A stretch of DNA of 64,000 bases from Eledone cirrhosa (taxonomy: Eukaryota), in contig OZ024743.1 in assembly GCA_964016885.1 (NCBI GenBank), positions 327,794,001 to 327,858,000 on the forward strand, written 5' to 3'. How positions within the stretch are numbered: the stretch's first letter is position 1; each line of letters opens with the position of its first letter. The position numbers and the translations under genes were made by a program. The notes under the pieces were generated by a model. It saw only the letters and a program-made list of their open reading frames with translations. It was not told the origin of the DNA and did not search any database. Below, piece after piece: positions 44,479 to 57,303 of this stretch.

Positions 44479-44640
44479 GAAAAGAGTCAGGACCCCAACG
44501 GCTGAGCTCCGGCCGGTCGAAACGGCCAGAGTTCAGTCATCGGGGTCCTGATTCTTTTCCTATTACCCACTCTACTATCCAGTATCAAGTACTTTGGTGC
44601 ATTATGGTCCACCTGGTTACTTACCACACTTCCTTCATCA
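44479..44640 (+). mobile_element. Second copy of the GC-rich fold-back element, in (TA)n
   Basis: Hairpin at 44479-44559 with a gtcgaaa loop; tail homologous to the reverse complement of 35318-35397. Confidence 0.7.
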
Positions 44641-44750
44641 TATATATATATATATATACTTATATAACTTTGATAACTTTGATAGGTTTCAGCCAGTATT
44701 GGCCCAGGCCATGTCTAACTTAATAGCACCACCTGGCGAAGTCTTTCAAA

Positions 44751-45990
44751 TCAGGATTTAGACACCATGGCCCACCCAAGTAGGGAGTTATTGTTTGCAG
44801 AGATATATCTGGGTGTAGGAGGTTTATCTGGGATTTCTTGAAGGAATTTGTTGAAAGATTTCTTGAACTTTATAGGGTCTGTTTCTGTTTTAATGTGTTT
44901 TGGTGTAATGTTAAAGAGAGCAAGGCCAATTGAGGTGAAGTAATTGTACCATATTGTTGTTATTTGATGCGAGCTTGAGATTTGTTGTGGGCGGTTAGCA
45001 CAGGGCCCAAACCTTGGGTGTAGTTTAAAAGTGATGCCAACATCATTCGGGCAATTCTGATGGAATATTTTCCACATCATGCAGACAATGTAGCACTCAT
45101 GGCGGCATTGGAGCGAATAAAGGTTAAGCTTTTCTAATCGATTCCAATAGTCAAGGCCTGTCATGCCATCTATCTTTTTTGTAATTGATCTTTGGGGTGT
45201 TTCAAATTTCATGATACTTTGTTTTGTGTGGGGAGACCACAGTGGACAACAATATTCAAGGTGAGGTCGGGAAAAAGTGGAGAAGTAAAGGATAATAGTG
45301 TGGATATCTCTCGACTGGAAGGTTCTGAGAATCCAGGAACACATTCTGCGGGCCATGTCAACTTCGCTGTTTATATGAGTGGCCCTGCTTATGTTGTTGT
45401 CCACAATTACTCCCAAGTCTCTGATGTTGTTGGATGTCATGAGAGTTTCACTTGAAAGAAGAGAGTATGGGAGTTTCAGGGCATCCTCTTTTCCTAAGTG
45501 GGTTAACTTGAATTTATTCTCATTCAGCAGCATATTGTTATTTTCCGCCCATTGGATAACAACCATTAGATCTGATTGGAGGCTTGTCTGGTCACCCACT
45601 CCATTGATGACCTTCTGGAGCTTGAAATCATCTGCAAAGATTCTTATGCTGCTGTGCTTGATGATGTCAGCAATATCATTAATATAATGAAAAGAAGTGG
45701 GCCCAACACAGTGCCTTGTGGGACACCACTACTGACTTTGGCTGGGCTGGATTTTACTCCTTCTATTACATTTTGGACTCTGTTTGACAGGAAACACTTG
45801 ATCCACTGCAGCAACTTTCCAGCAACACCAATGTTGGATAGTTTTCTCAGGAGAATGTTGTGTTCAACCCTGTCAAAGACGTTGCTGAAATCAAGGTAGA
45901 TGACATCAGTATTGGAACCCTTTCCCAAAGCTCTCAAAATGTCATCAAAGTGATGCAGTAGCTGCGTTAGGAATCCCTTCCATTATGAAA
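44751..45990 (-). mobile_element. CR1/L2-group LINE RT 3' fragment, degraded
   Basis: DVIYLDFSNVFDRV, SGVPQGTVLGPLLF, frameshifted FADD, RDLGVIVD, RPHLEYCCPLWSPH. Confidence 0.85.
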
Positions 45991-45994
45991 CCCA

Positions 45995-47060
45995 TGGAAA
46001 GGGACACAGATTATGGAGGCTTTAGTTAAAGTTTACGGTACTACTGCTCCAAAGAAAACTGCTGTCTACAAGTGGATTCAGCGATTCAAACAAGGGAAAG
46101 ACGACCTTGAAGACGACCATCGCAGTGGAACACCAGGAACATCAAAAAATGACCAAAACGTTGAGGCTACTCAGACTTTAATTGAAGAAAATCGAAGAAT
46201 AACAGTTAATCAGTTAGCTAAGTCCCTAGACATTTCATATGGTTCGGCAAATTCAATTCTGCACAATAATTTAGGACTAAGCAAGCTTTCAGCGCGATGG
46301 GTCCCTGATCAGCCCTGATCAGCTGATTCTTTGAAGTGATGTCTTTGACGATATTAAACAAAATTGAAGTTGATGAAGAGCATTTCCTGACCAGAATGAT
46401 CACCGAAGATGAAACCTGGATCTACCAGTATGATCCTGAATCCAAACAGCAATCAAAACAGTGGCTTCCACGTGGATCATCGGGGCCAATCAAGTTCAAA
46501 TCTCAAAAGTCGGATCAAAAAGTGATGGCCACCATTTTCTGGGATTCAGATGGGGGTGATACTAATAGATTATCTTGACAGGATTATCTGTGACAGGAGC
46601 TTACTATGCAAATGTTTTAAGGAAGCTGAAAGAGGCATTAGTCAAGAAACGAAAAGGGAAACTTCATGGTGGGATCTTGTTTGACCATGACAATGCACCA
46701 GCGCATTCTGCGCGGGTTGCAAAAGAAGTTCTTCGAGAATTTGGATGGGAAGTGCTTCCTCACCCGCCTTATAGTCCAGATTTAGCCCCATCAGACTTTT
46801 TCCTCTTTCCAAAACTCAAAGAAATGCTAAAAGGGACCCGTTTTAGTGGTGTTGAAGAAGCTAAAAACACTGCTAACACATGGCTTTGAACAAGGCCTTC
46901 AACTTTCTTTAGAGACGGCTTACGAAGCTGGAAGCATCGCCTTGTGAAGTGTATTGACCTGGATGGCAACTATGTAGAAAAATAAATTGAAGGTAAATCA
47001 TATTTTTTGAAAAATAGAATATTTTCTGAAAAATTCCGCGAACTTTTTTATCCCCCCTCG
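45995..47060 (+). mobile_element. mariner (D,D34D) transposon relic, 5'-truncated
   Basis: KLSARWVP, ITEDETWIYQYDPE, HDNAPAH, HPPYSPDLAPSDFFLF; ends ccccctcg followed by TA. Confidence 0.9.
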
Positions 47061-47062
47061 TA

Positions 47063-47610
47063 AAAGAAGGCATGCACAGTAGTAGAAGTTAGCTGCCCAG
47101 CAGATGCCAATATAATATCAAAGATTAGCGAAAAGGAGGATATTTATGCAGAACTGATGAGAAATCTGCAGATACTCCACCCTGATTATACCTTCAGATT
47201 TATGCCTGTGATTATTGGGGCACTGGCGTATGTTAGTAACTGCCCCAATACAAATCTTGAGAAGCTGGGCTTCACAGGAACAGAAAGAACACGACTAGTT
47301 AGGAAATTACAAGTACAATCCATTAATGGAACAGTAAAAATATGTAAAACGTTCCAAAATTTCTGCATCTAATAACTGCATATACACATGTACAGATATA
47401 AAGCATATACACATGCACACATACAACTCAAAACATACACATCCACACATACAATAACATCCATACCTGCACACACATGCATGTAGACATGCAGACATAT
47501 CTACCAAGTTAATGGGAAATGAGAAAGTCTTGTGTCTATGTTAGAAACTGACTCTCCCTCTATTGGTAAACATTTATAAAATTATAAAACCAGAAGAACA
47601 TACATACATA
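47063..47610 (+). mobile_element. 3' end of the R4/Dong-like LINE (second copy)
   Basis: Closely matches 50240-50790; ORF 47157-47372. Confidence 0.85.
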
Positions 47611-48044
47611 CACACACACATACGCACACACATGACGGCTGCCCCCTCGTTATCGAGTATGGCCATTGCATGATATAACATTTTTAATAATTATTAATTA
47701 ATGCTATTGTGTAATTCCTGCGCGTGAAGATATTTTTTAAAGTGAGGAAAAACTGTGCACTGAGCCAATCCCACTCTCTGAGCGACAGTAGCTATAACCT
47801 GAAAAGAAGAAAAGATCAACATCATCGGTAACTACTGAGTTGCAGGTTTTGTGTCAGAGTTATCCCAGTTTCCTGAGTTGCCTTCTCTTAGAAGAATGCC
47901 CTGACAAAGGCTAAGGGTCCTTCGCTCCCAGTAGTTTTACTGCGCGATCTGGTATCCAGCCCGATTATTTTTATGTCCCCACGTATATATATATATATAC
48001 ATATATACACATCCATACATGTATATACATGTATATACATGTTT

Positions 48045-48243
48045 AAATAATTCTGGATGGCCGTTGACTCTTATGAGTTCTTCCGGCCTTTGTCAAGTTT
48101 TGTTTTTTGTTCTGCAGGGTGTCCAAAATCACCCTCCTCACCAAGTAAACTTGGTGGGGTTGCCGGTTTAGTCGCCGACGACCCAACCATGACGCAGGTT
48201 ATACTGGGTTATGTTACCAGTAGCACTTAAGAGTGGCCCGACA
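48045..48243 (-). mobile_element. Short structured repeat, probable RTE 5' UTR or derived SINE
   Basis: Reverse complement aligns with 56405-56600 (gactaaac.ggc, aaaaacaa.ac.tg.caaagg..gga.gaactc..agagtcaac.gccatcca). Confidence 0.5.
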
Positions 48244-48254
48244 TATATATACAT

Positions 48255-50800
48255 AGATAAGAAAACACCAGGAAGAGACATGATTGTCGGCTACTGGTAC
48301 AAAAAACTAATATTCTATCGGAGGTATCTTACTGACCTCTACCAACAAGTTCTTAAGGGAGATACACTTATACCAGAATGGTTGACATTAGCACAAACAT
48401 TATTGGTCCCCAAGAACAAAGACACCAACTTGGCAAAAAACTACCGACCCATTGCATGCCAGAACCTGATGTATAAGATGTATAGAGCCTGCCTGAACCT
48501 ATTCCTCCAAGATCACTGTGAAAATAATAACATCATCACAGATGAACAAGCAGCTGGAAAGAAAGGGGTTTGGGGATGTGCTGAACAACTCCTAATCAAC
48601 AAAACTGCGATGTCGGAGGTGCGACAACTTAGGAGGAATATGGCTAGTTTGGCTGGACTACAGGAAAGCTTTCGATTCTGTTCCCCACTCTTGGATGATA
48701 GAGGCCCTCCAACTTGCTAAAGTCCCAGACATTATTGTCAGAGCCATAGAGAGGCTGTCTTCTTCTTGGGCTACTATCCTAAGGTTAAAGATAGAGAGGG
48801 AGGACTCTATTTTCACTGATAAAATAAAATATTGCAGGGGTATATTTCAGGGGGACAGTCTCTCTGTGATATTATTCATCTTGTCATTAAACCCCTTGTC
48901 CTTTCTGTTCAAGAAATGTGAGGGATACATCATTGGCTCACAGGAGGACAGAAATACGAACCTAACCCATAATTTCTTTGTGGACGATCTGAAACTCTAT
49001 GCCAAGAACATGGATGGGATGAAGAAAAATCTTGACCTGGTTACAACGTTCTCAAAGGATATAGTAATGGAGTTTGGCCAAGATAAATGCTCATACATGA
49101 CTGTAAAGCGGGGAAAAACAACAACCCAATCTAGCAACATTGTCATCAATGGCCTAACTGTTTCACCGATATCTGATGAGGACTGCTACGGATACCTGGG
49201 GATAGATGAGAACATATCCTATAATGGTATCTGTAATAAAGAATGCGTAACCAGGGAATACTACACCCAATTAAGAAAGATCTGGTCATCGGAACTCTCT
49301 GCGCAAAACAAAAGAGTGGCTCACAAGGTGTTTGCTGTGCCTGTCCTAACACCAACGTTTGGAATACTCAATTGGACGATAGACGAAATCCGAGCAGTTG
49401 ATGTTGGAACTCGAAAAATACTAAACAACACCGGAAACTTCCACATCAACAGTGACATATACTGCCTTTACTTGAAACGTAAGCAGGGAAGCAGAGGCCT
49501 AACATCAGTCCAGACAACATTTGAATGGCACATCATATCTCTCCGACAACATCTACGAACCTCGAAGCGTAAGAGCCCGTTTCTTGAACAAGTCTATCTG
49601 CATGAAACAGATAAGATCATGGGAGTTGGGAAAAAACTCCTCGAGAGATATTCCCTGCATGATAATCAAAAACTCACAACCCAGGGAAGTCGCTCAGCAG
49701 TATCGCAGTGAATCCATGGATGAAAAACTGCATGCTTATCAGCAAAAATTCATGCATGGATATGTTGCCAGGAAGCTCCAGAGTGAGAGGAATATAGATA
49801 AGGAAAGTAGTCTATCTTGGACCAACAACCGCTATATTGGCCCCCACTTTGAAGGATATGCTTTTGCAATCCAAGAACAGGAGATTAGCACGAAATACCT
49901 GATTCACAAAAGAGATAGGAATGCAGGCAAAACACCTAGATGTGATAACAAGTGCAGACTCTGCAGAACTAACATCGAGGATATCACCCATGTTATCAGC
50001 AGCTGTCCAAAGATGTCATCGCGGTACTATCTACCTATGAGGCATGATGTAGTGGCCAAAACACTGTACAATGCAGTTCGTAAAAAAGATAGCCCCGATA
50101 ATAAACACATTAAAAGCTACAGCAATGTGGAAGACATCCATGTACATAATATGAAAGAGTACTGGTGGAATGTTCCAGTAAAAACCCCAATAAAATGCAG
50201 GCATAACAGACCAGATATTATGATATGGGACAGGGAGAAGAAAGCATGCACAGTAATGGAAATTAGCTGCCCAGCAGATGCCAATATAATATCAAAGATT
50301 AGCGAAAAGGAGAATATTTATGCAGAACTGATGAGAAATCTGCAGATACTCCACCCTGACTATACCTTCAGATTTATGCCTGTGATTATTGGGGCACTGT
50401 GGTATGTTAGTAACTGCCTCAATACAAATCTTGAGAAGCTAGGCTTCACAGGAACAGAAAGAACACAACTAGTTAGGAAATTACAAGTACAATCTATTAA
50501 TAGAACAGTAAAAATATGTAAAACATTCCAAAAATGTTGCATCTAATAACTGCATATACACATGTACAGATGCAAAGCATATACACATGCACACATACAA
50601 CTCAAAACATCCACATCCACACATACAATAACATCCATATCTACACATGCATGCATACATAATCTACCTAGTTGATGTTGTGTAAATTCCAACGAGAGAG
50701 TCTTGTGTCTATGTTAGAAACCGACTCTCTCTCTATTTGTAAAAAAAAAAAATTTGTGAAATTATAAAACCAGAAGAACATACATACATACATACATACA
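48255..50800 (+). mobile_element. R4/Dong-like non-LTR retrotransposon (RT + CCHC + restriction-like endonuclease), 5'-truncated, frameshifted
   Basis: NYRPIAC, RGIFQGDSLS, FFVDDLKLYA, YLGI; CRLC....EDITHVISSC, RHD, NRPDI, EISCP; (TACA)n tail. Confidence 0.88.
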
Positions 50801-51049
50801 TACTTACATAGATACATTGTTAATTTACACACACACATGTACATACAAGATTGTACGCAAAGTTTGAACTTTCGAAGGACTGAGAGATTGTGAGTTTCAA
50901 AGAGATTGCAGGGAAGCTCAGACGCAGTAAATGTCAGTGAATAGCTTAGAAAATCGAGTAAAGACCCTTTATAGACGAAAAGAGAAACCAGCAGTCACCA
51001 TGAAGAATCAAACTCCTTATCTGAGTCTTTATCATCTATAAGATAATAA

Positions 51050-51215
51050 GGTGCATGGCTTAGTGATTAGAGCATTGGGCTTGCAATCGAAAGTTTGTGA
51101 GTTCAATTCTCGGACTGGGTGATGTGTTGTTTCCTTGAGCAAGACACTTTATTTCACGTTGCTCCAGTTTACTCAGCTGTAGAAATGAGCTGATAGGACT
51201 GGGGTCCCTATCATT
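51050..51215 (+). mobile_element. tRNA-derived SINE, 5' half
   Basis: Matches 13538-13700. Confidence 0.82.
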
Positions 51216-51783
51216 AAGTTACCCAAGACACCTCCAACGAGATATACCTTGGAGGAGGCCAGCTAAACCTGCATAGGTGTGAGCTGTCACACACACACAC
51301 ACACATTAGATAATATATATATTACTACTTAATCAAGAAGAGAAAAGCAGTTCTCATGACACTTTAGTTTTTCAGAACCCCTACGTGTAGTGGAAGGGAA
51401 TTATTGCCAACCCAGGAAATTGCTTGCAAGACTGAACTCTGCTAAGAAGTACTGAAGGGTCAGGTAGTGATGTTAAACGGGTGGCGGACTAAGTAAGTAT
51501 GTAAAGAGACAGAACAAATACCACAAGGTATCTTACCCGCTGCTTTAACAGTTCCACCAATATACCCTCCTGGCTTGGTACTTTTTACACATACACATGC
51601 AAAAACAAAGTATTGTTAGGTTCATGCTTGGGAAGAAGTAAATACAGGTTTCAAAGTATCAGACATAAGTCCTTCTTCAGGAAATAACAAAGTTCAGAGA
51701 AGCAGAGAAAGTTGGAACAACGGAATTTGGAAGGTTGGGGGAAAAATATATATGCATATATATGTTTGTGTGTGTGTGTTGTG

Positions 51784-52080
51784 TAAATAGGGAACAAAGT
51801 ATCAGTATTGCATCATATACATATCTAATTACATATTACATATGTTTCACTGTCGATAAGCTTGAGGAACGATCTAATTATGTTCGTTCCTGACTCTGGA
51901 ACGAATATAATTCGATTGTTCCTCAAGCTGACCGACAGTGAAACACATGTAATATGTAATTAAATCTGTATATGATATAAATCTGATTCTTTGTTCCCTA
52001 TTTATTGTTATTGATTCTCTGCTCCCCAAAAGCATTGAGTGCTCATTCCTTAGAATTTTCTCGGTAAGGTATCAATGTAA
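51784..52080 (+). mobile_element. Diverged 220-bp palindrome (51784-52004) plus pLTR 3' end
   Basis: Arms carry GAAACA(T/C)ATGTAATATG, the same hammerhead 3' half as 44319-44335; ATTGAGTGCTC at 52034. Confidence 0.65.
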
Positions 52081-52375
52081 TAATAAAAGATGTACAAATA
52101 AAACCGTCTTTCTTATTCATGATATATATAATATATATATATATTATATATATTATATATTATATATTATATATATATGTATATTATGTATATTATATAT
52201 ATGTATATTATATATTATATATATATATATTATATATATATATATTATATATATAATATATATTATATATTATATATTATATATATATGTAAACGATAAA
52301 CAGAAATAACAACACAATCAGTACAGTATATGGAAGGGATATATTAGGTTAATGCTTGATATAGCAGGAAGAGGG

Positions 52376-52411
52376 TCTTAACATTTCGGACGCTAGTCCT
52401 TCATCAGAAGA
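52376..52411 (-). ncRNA. Minimal PLE-type hammerhead
   Basis: Minus strand reads tctt-CTGATGA-a-ggac tagc gtcc-GAAA-tg-TTA-aga. Confidence 0.68.
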
Positions 52412-52509
52412 AAGAATGAGAAATAAGATAGAGGGGATGGGCGGGATGGAATTGGAAAAACTGTCATTAGATAAAAATAACAGGTCCATTCATGTTGACA
52501 ACTCTTGAT

Positions 52510-53122
52510 ATATAAACAAGAAGTGTAAGTCAACGGGTTAAAATAACTTCGTTTATTCATATTTGTTGCAATATTTATTTCCACTATTCAACAGCTATGA
52601 CCTCATCGGGCAGTAAGAACTTGAACAGAAAAAACAGGAAAATATAATGTTGGAATAAATTTTACCTTGTTAATTCATTGATATGTTCAGCTCCTGGGAG
52701 TGTTCCTATCAGGAATTGAAAACATATTATTTAGAATGAACGAATTCTTGCGTCCAAAGGACATACCTTCACCTCATTGGTCAGATATCATATCAACACC
52801 CCAAAAGTCTATTGAAATTCTTTGGTCAGTAGCAGGTCAATCAATATCCCTCTGTTGTGGTGTGAGCAGGTTAATCAATATCACCCTGTTGTGGTAGTAG
52901 TATTCAGGTTGTCAAGAAAGAATTTATATAGGTAAACTGATATGGCTATCACTGAAATATATATTGCAGTGAATATGAATAAACGAAGCTAATTTTAACC
53001 TGTTGACTTACACTTCTTGTTTTTACATTATTCCCGATTAAACAGACCAACCTGGGTACTTCATTGAGTGCTCCTACCTGCATACTGAAGTGTCGGTAAA
53101 CAACCAACACATACTCAAAATT
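52510..53122 (+). mobile_element. Naiad pLTR remnant with inverted 5' copy, related to 4420-4617
   Basis: 52940-53115 aligns with the reverse complement of 4425-4592; 52510-52582 is an inverted copy of 52953-53025; degenerate core ccgatga on the minus strand near 52603-52609. Confidence 0.7.
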
Positions 53123-53291
53123 ATATATAAATATATATATATATATATAAAAGACGGAACTAGCATAGGTATCACTACTAGGACTGGTTGCATCTCCGCG
53201 TATTCAATAGGTAATGTTAAATAAGCTCACAGAGTATATATATATATATATATATAATCATATATATATATCATATATAATCATATATATA

Positions 53292-54583
53292 CAGGGTGCG
53301 GACGATATTTGTTCGCAAGATTACTGTCTAGGAAAAAATGACACAGTAGTTTTATTTTTTTAAATATATTTATCAAACTTGAGTCAGTTTGTCTTCATGA
53401 CTTGTTCTTTCGACTTCACTTGATAAACCCGCCATTGGCTTTGATGACGGCCTCAAGGCTGCCTCGGAACCGGCTACAGGCTTTCGTCACTGTCCCCCGA
53501 CTTAGGCCCCTAAAGGCACTTGTGATCCTGGCCTTCAGATCGTCTTTCGTATTGCAGCTAGATCTGTTGGTGTCTCGTTCCACTGCGCCCCACACAAAGA
53601 GGTCGAAGGGGTTGCAGTCAGGCGAGCTGGGAGGTCAGATGCCGACGAAGTTCTCTGACAGCCAGGCTTGGGTCTTTCGGCTGGTATGGCAGGGCGCTGA
53701 GTCTTGCTGCCACACGTACGGCCTACCTACAGCTACCTGGTCGATCCAGGGCATTACTACCTCACTCAGAACGTGGATATAGCCATCGGTGTTCAGCTTG
53801 AGGCCCTCAGGGAAGAAGTGAGGTGGCATGACGTCACCTTGACTGCTGACGACACCTAAGACCAATGTTGTCGCTGGAAACTTTGTCTGCATGACTCTGG
53901 GCACGTCTTTGGATGAGACAGCGAGCCACCTGTTGTTCTGGGAGTTGATCTTCTGGTCTTGGCAGAAGTTTTTCTCGTCGGAGAAAAACCACAGCATGTC
54001 TGGCTCCAGTGGGTGTTTCGACTTGTTGATCAGCTTCTTTGCGTGCTTCAGTCGCTTTTCTTACATCGCCTTTGACAGAAATTGTCCTTTCCTCATCTTG
54101 TATGAAACGTAGCAAACGTCTTCATGTACCACCAGCCTAATGAGCTTTTCATCCACGCCTTTCTCCCTTGCAACGGCACGCATCGACTTGCTAGGTTCAT
54201 TGTTGATGATATCCTGAACTTCAGCGACGAACTCGGGCGTTCTGAAGGCGTCAGATCGTCGATCATGTGTTTTCCTCTCTGATGTTGCTTCGTAGTCGAA
54301 TCCTGAATCTTCCAATACCTTTCTGACCTTTTCCACCATTCTCCTGCTGACGCTGAGAAAGTCTGAAATTTCCTTATTTCTCCTCTCGGCGCGGATTCCA
54401 AGAAGAACTCCGTGTCTCTTCCACAAATTTGGAGGTTCAAAATTATTCATAATCAATTATTCTGAAAATAAATAATGGAAATATAGTCACTGTTTTTATG
54501 AAGACAAGAGTGACAACGGAAGTAAAAAAAATTTGCATAAAATTAGCAGTTGAAAATTGCGAACAAATATCGTCCACACCCTG
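53292..54583 (-). mobile_element. Tc1/mariner transposon (maT-like, probably D,D37D), complete ends, decayed transposase
   Basis: 27-bp TIRs cagggtgyggacgatatttgttcgcaa (53292-53318, 54557-54583), TA on both sides; FSDEK, WQQDSAPCH, frameshifted SSPDCNPFD. Confidence 0.92.
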
Positions 54584-54599
54584 TATATATATATATCAT

Positions 54600-54942
54600 A
54601 TCATCATCATCATCATCATTTCATTTTCCGTCTGCTTTTTCCCTGCTTGCAAGGGTGGGACGGGAACTGATTCTGGCTTGATTTCTACAGCTGGATGCCC
54701 TTCCTAAGCCAACCTCATTTACACTGAGTGCTGGGTGCTTTTTTGCCGTGGCACCTACACGTCCACTTTGCAGTGGAATGATAGAGACCCCAGTCCCTAT
54801 CATCTCATTTCTACAGCTGAGTAAACTGGAGCAATGTGAAATAAAGTGTCTTGCTCAAGGAAACAACACATCACCCGGTCTGAGAATTGAACTCACAACC
54901 TTTCGATTGCAAGGCCAATGCTCTAGCCACTAAGTCATGTGC
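54600..54942 (-). mobile_element. tRNA-derived SINE, full length, (GAT)n tail
   Basis: Reverse complement of 13538-13825 extended through cttgcaagcaggg..gatgatgat, the same terminus as RTE subfamily A. Confidence 0.9.
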
Positions 54943-54979
54943 TATATATATATATATTATATATAATCATATATATATA

Positions 54980-56355
54980 ATCATCATCATCATCGTTTAA
55001 CGTCTATCTTCCACGCTAGAATGGGTTTAGATGGGAATTGTCTCCCTTGAGACAAGATTGGTTGTCTTGCTCGTATAGGACTGTCTGGCAGGTTTTCTAC
55101 GGCTGGATGCCCTTCCTAACACCAACCACGTTTACAGTGTGGGCTGGGAGGTTTTTACCGTGTTACCTACACGGCCACATTACAGCGTGGACTGTGTGTT
55201 TTTTTGTCGTGACACTTACACGACCTCATTTATTTAGGACTGGATGTTGTGGTACCAACATAACTTTACAGAGAAAGGGGTGGTGTAGATGGGGGTGGGG
55301 GGAGTGGGATGGGGGTGTATTTTGGGTTAAGAGATGCCTACTGACTGTAGGTTTCGCTTTGTACTTAGGCAAGGCGGGTCTTTTGTATTACTGCGTAGCA
55401 CCAAAGATCTCGGTCCAGTGACATTGTCTTAGAGAGGTGTAAGTGTGTGAGGTCGGAATTTATCAGATCGTCCCAGGTTTTTCTGGGTCTACCTACTCCG
55501 TAACTTCCATCAATTTTGATAGCCATGCACTTTTTTTTATACAGTTGTCGTCTCTCATGCGCAGCACGTGACCATACCAACGTAGTCTTCTCTTGAGTAA
55601 ACAGCAGCTGATCCCTCTTATTCCTAATTTTTCACTTAGTTCATTTATGCTTTGCCGTTCACATATATTACTATTACACATCCCACGGAGCATGCATGCT
55701 TCGTTCCTTTCCAGTCTGCGCAGGTCCTATGCACGAAATGCCCATGTCTCACTGCCATGTGGCATTGCTGTTCATATACAGGCATCATACAGTCTGCCTT
55801 TCATTTTTAGAGAGAAACTTTTAGTGGCCAATAGTGGTATAAGCTCTCTGAACTTTTTCCATCCCGTTGTGACTCTAGCTACTGTACTTTCAGAGCACCC
55901 TCCCCCACTGCTGATTTTGTCACCCAGGTAACGGAAGCTGTCCACCATTTCTATAGAACCATCTGTGCAATGGAATGAGCTAGTATTCTGTGGGCACTTG
56001 CTACTTATTGCACCTGAGCATCGGCCACATATTAAGTCTACGTTCTTAGATAGTTTACCTGTGATCCCACTACATCTTTTATGTACCCATACTTTGCATT
56101 TGGGACATAAAATGGAATTTCTGCCTACTCATTTCCTACACACTGAGCATGGCCATTTCCAGACGGTACATGTGCCCTATTTTCCTTCCTACATACTAGA
56201 ACTTTAGTCTTAGACAAGTTAACTTTAAGGCTTTTTGATTCTAGGCCATGCTTCCATGTTTTGAATTTCTTCTCTAGTTCAGCCATAGATTCAGCTATGA
56301 GAGTTAGATCATCTGCGTATAGGAGTTCCCATGGGCAGCCGGTCTTGAACTCCTG
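54980..56355 (-). mobile_element. 5'-truncated RTE subfamily B LINE
   Basis: ORFs 55365-55580 and 55493-55693; collinear with 15630-16782 and 1-640. Confidence 0.88.
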
Positions 56356-56404
56356 TTATAATATATATATATCATATATATATATAAATATCTTATATTT
56401 ATAT

Positions 56405-57200
56405 GTCAGGTCAGGTCTCTGCTTATTATTGGTACCATGTAGCCCAGTACAACATATTTCATGGTGGTTTGGTGGTAGATGACTAAACTGGCTCCCCCAC
56501 CAGGCCAAGGTCTGACAAGAAGAGTAAGTGGAAACCCAGCAGCACAAAAACAAGACCTGTCAAAGGGTGGATGAACTCGACAGAGTCAACTGCCATCCAC
56601 CCCAAATATGGATAATTAGCTTCACCAACCTGCAATTGGTGAGTACAGCTACACCCCCTGGAGAGGTTAAACTCCATGACAATAACATATGCGAACCTTA
56701 TAACTGTCCTGTTATCTTGCCTGGGCTTGTCACTGGACACAGAGCTGCAGGGATGGAGTCAGAGCTATGTGTGTAGCACAAACACATAGTATTGCATTCT
56801 TTATGTGTAGATATTTCTTCACAAACCCCACAGCGATGGAGGGATGGCAAGGTGGGCAGACTCGACCGGTTAGAAGTGCAAGTCATACATTTACACATGG
56901 GCAGCTCGTCTTATCCAAACGTCACTGCATTGTTAACCTGAACAACAACATGCTTCGGCAGAGTCTTAGGTGTCTGAGCAGCTCTTTTTGGAGATGCACA
57001 GTACAGCCATACGACATAAGAATGGTCTAGAAAAGAAGATCTAAACAGACCCTGTTCAGTCATCAAACTGGCCCGCAGTCTGCAGTTGGCAGTGAAAATA
57101 GATTTGAAGAGATAGCCCTCTTCTGTAAAGAACTGGCAGTTATATATATGAAGCGAAGATTTGGTTGTGGTGTATAAGGATGATAAACACCTCAAATACC
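56405..57200 (+). mobile_element. Old repeat: probable RTE 5' UTR followed by decayed coding-like sequence
   Basis: First 200 bp homologous to 48045-48243; remainder has higher GC than the flanks but no clear motif. Confidence 0.35.
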
Positions 57201-57303
57201 AATAATTCTGGTTGAATTTATAACTTTACTTCACTTCAGTAAGTCGCAAATATAAAGTTTGATTGTAGTATTTACAAATGAATATACTGTTCAATAAGTG
57301 ACA

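Noticed and set aside
51640-51690. Hammerhead-like CTGAAGA...GAAACCTGTA on the minus strand; similar weak hits near 20039, 39420-39456 and 44160-44200
   Set aside because: Stem I is missing or the core is mutated; not supportable individually.
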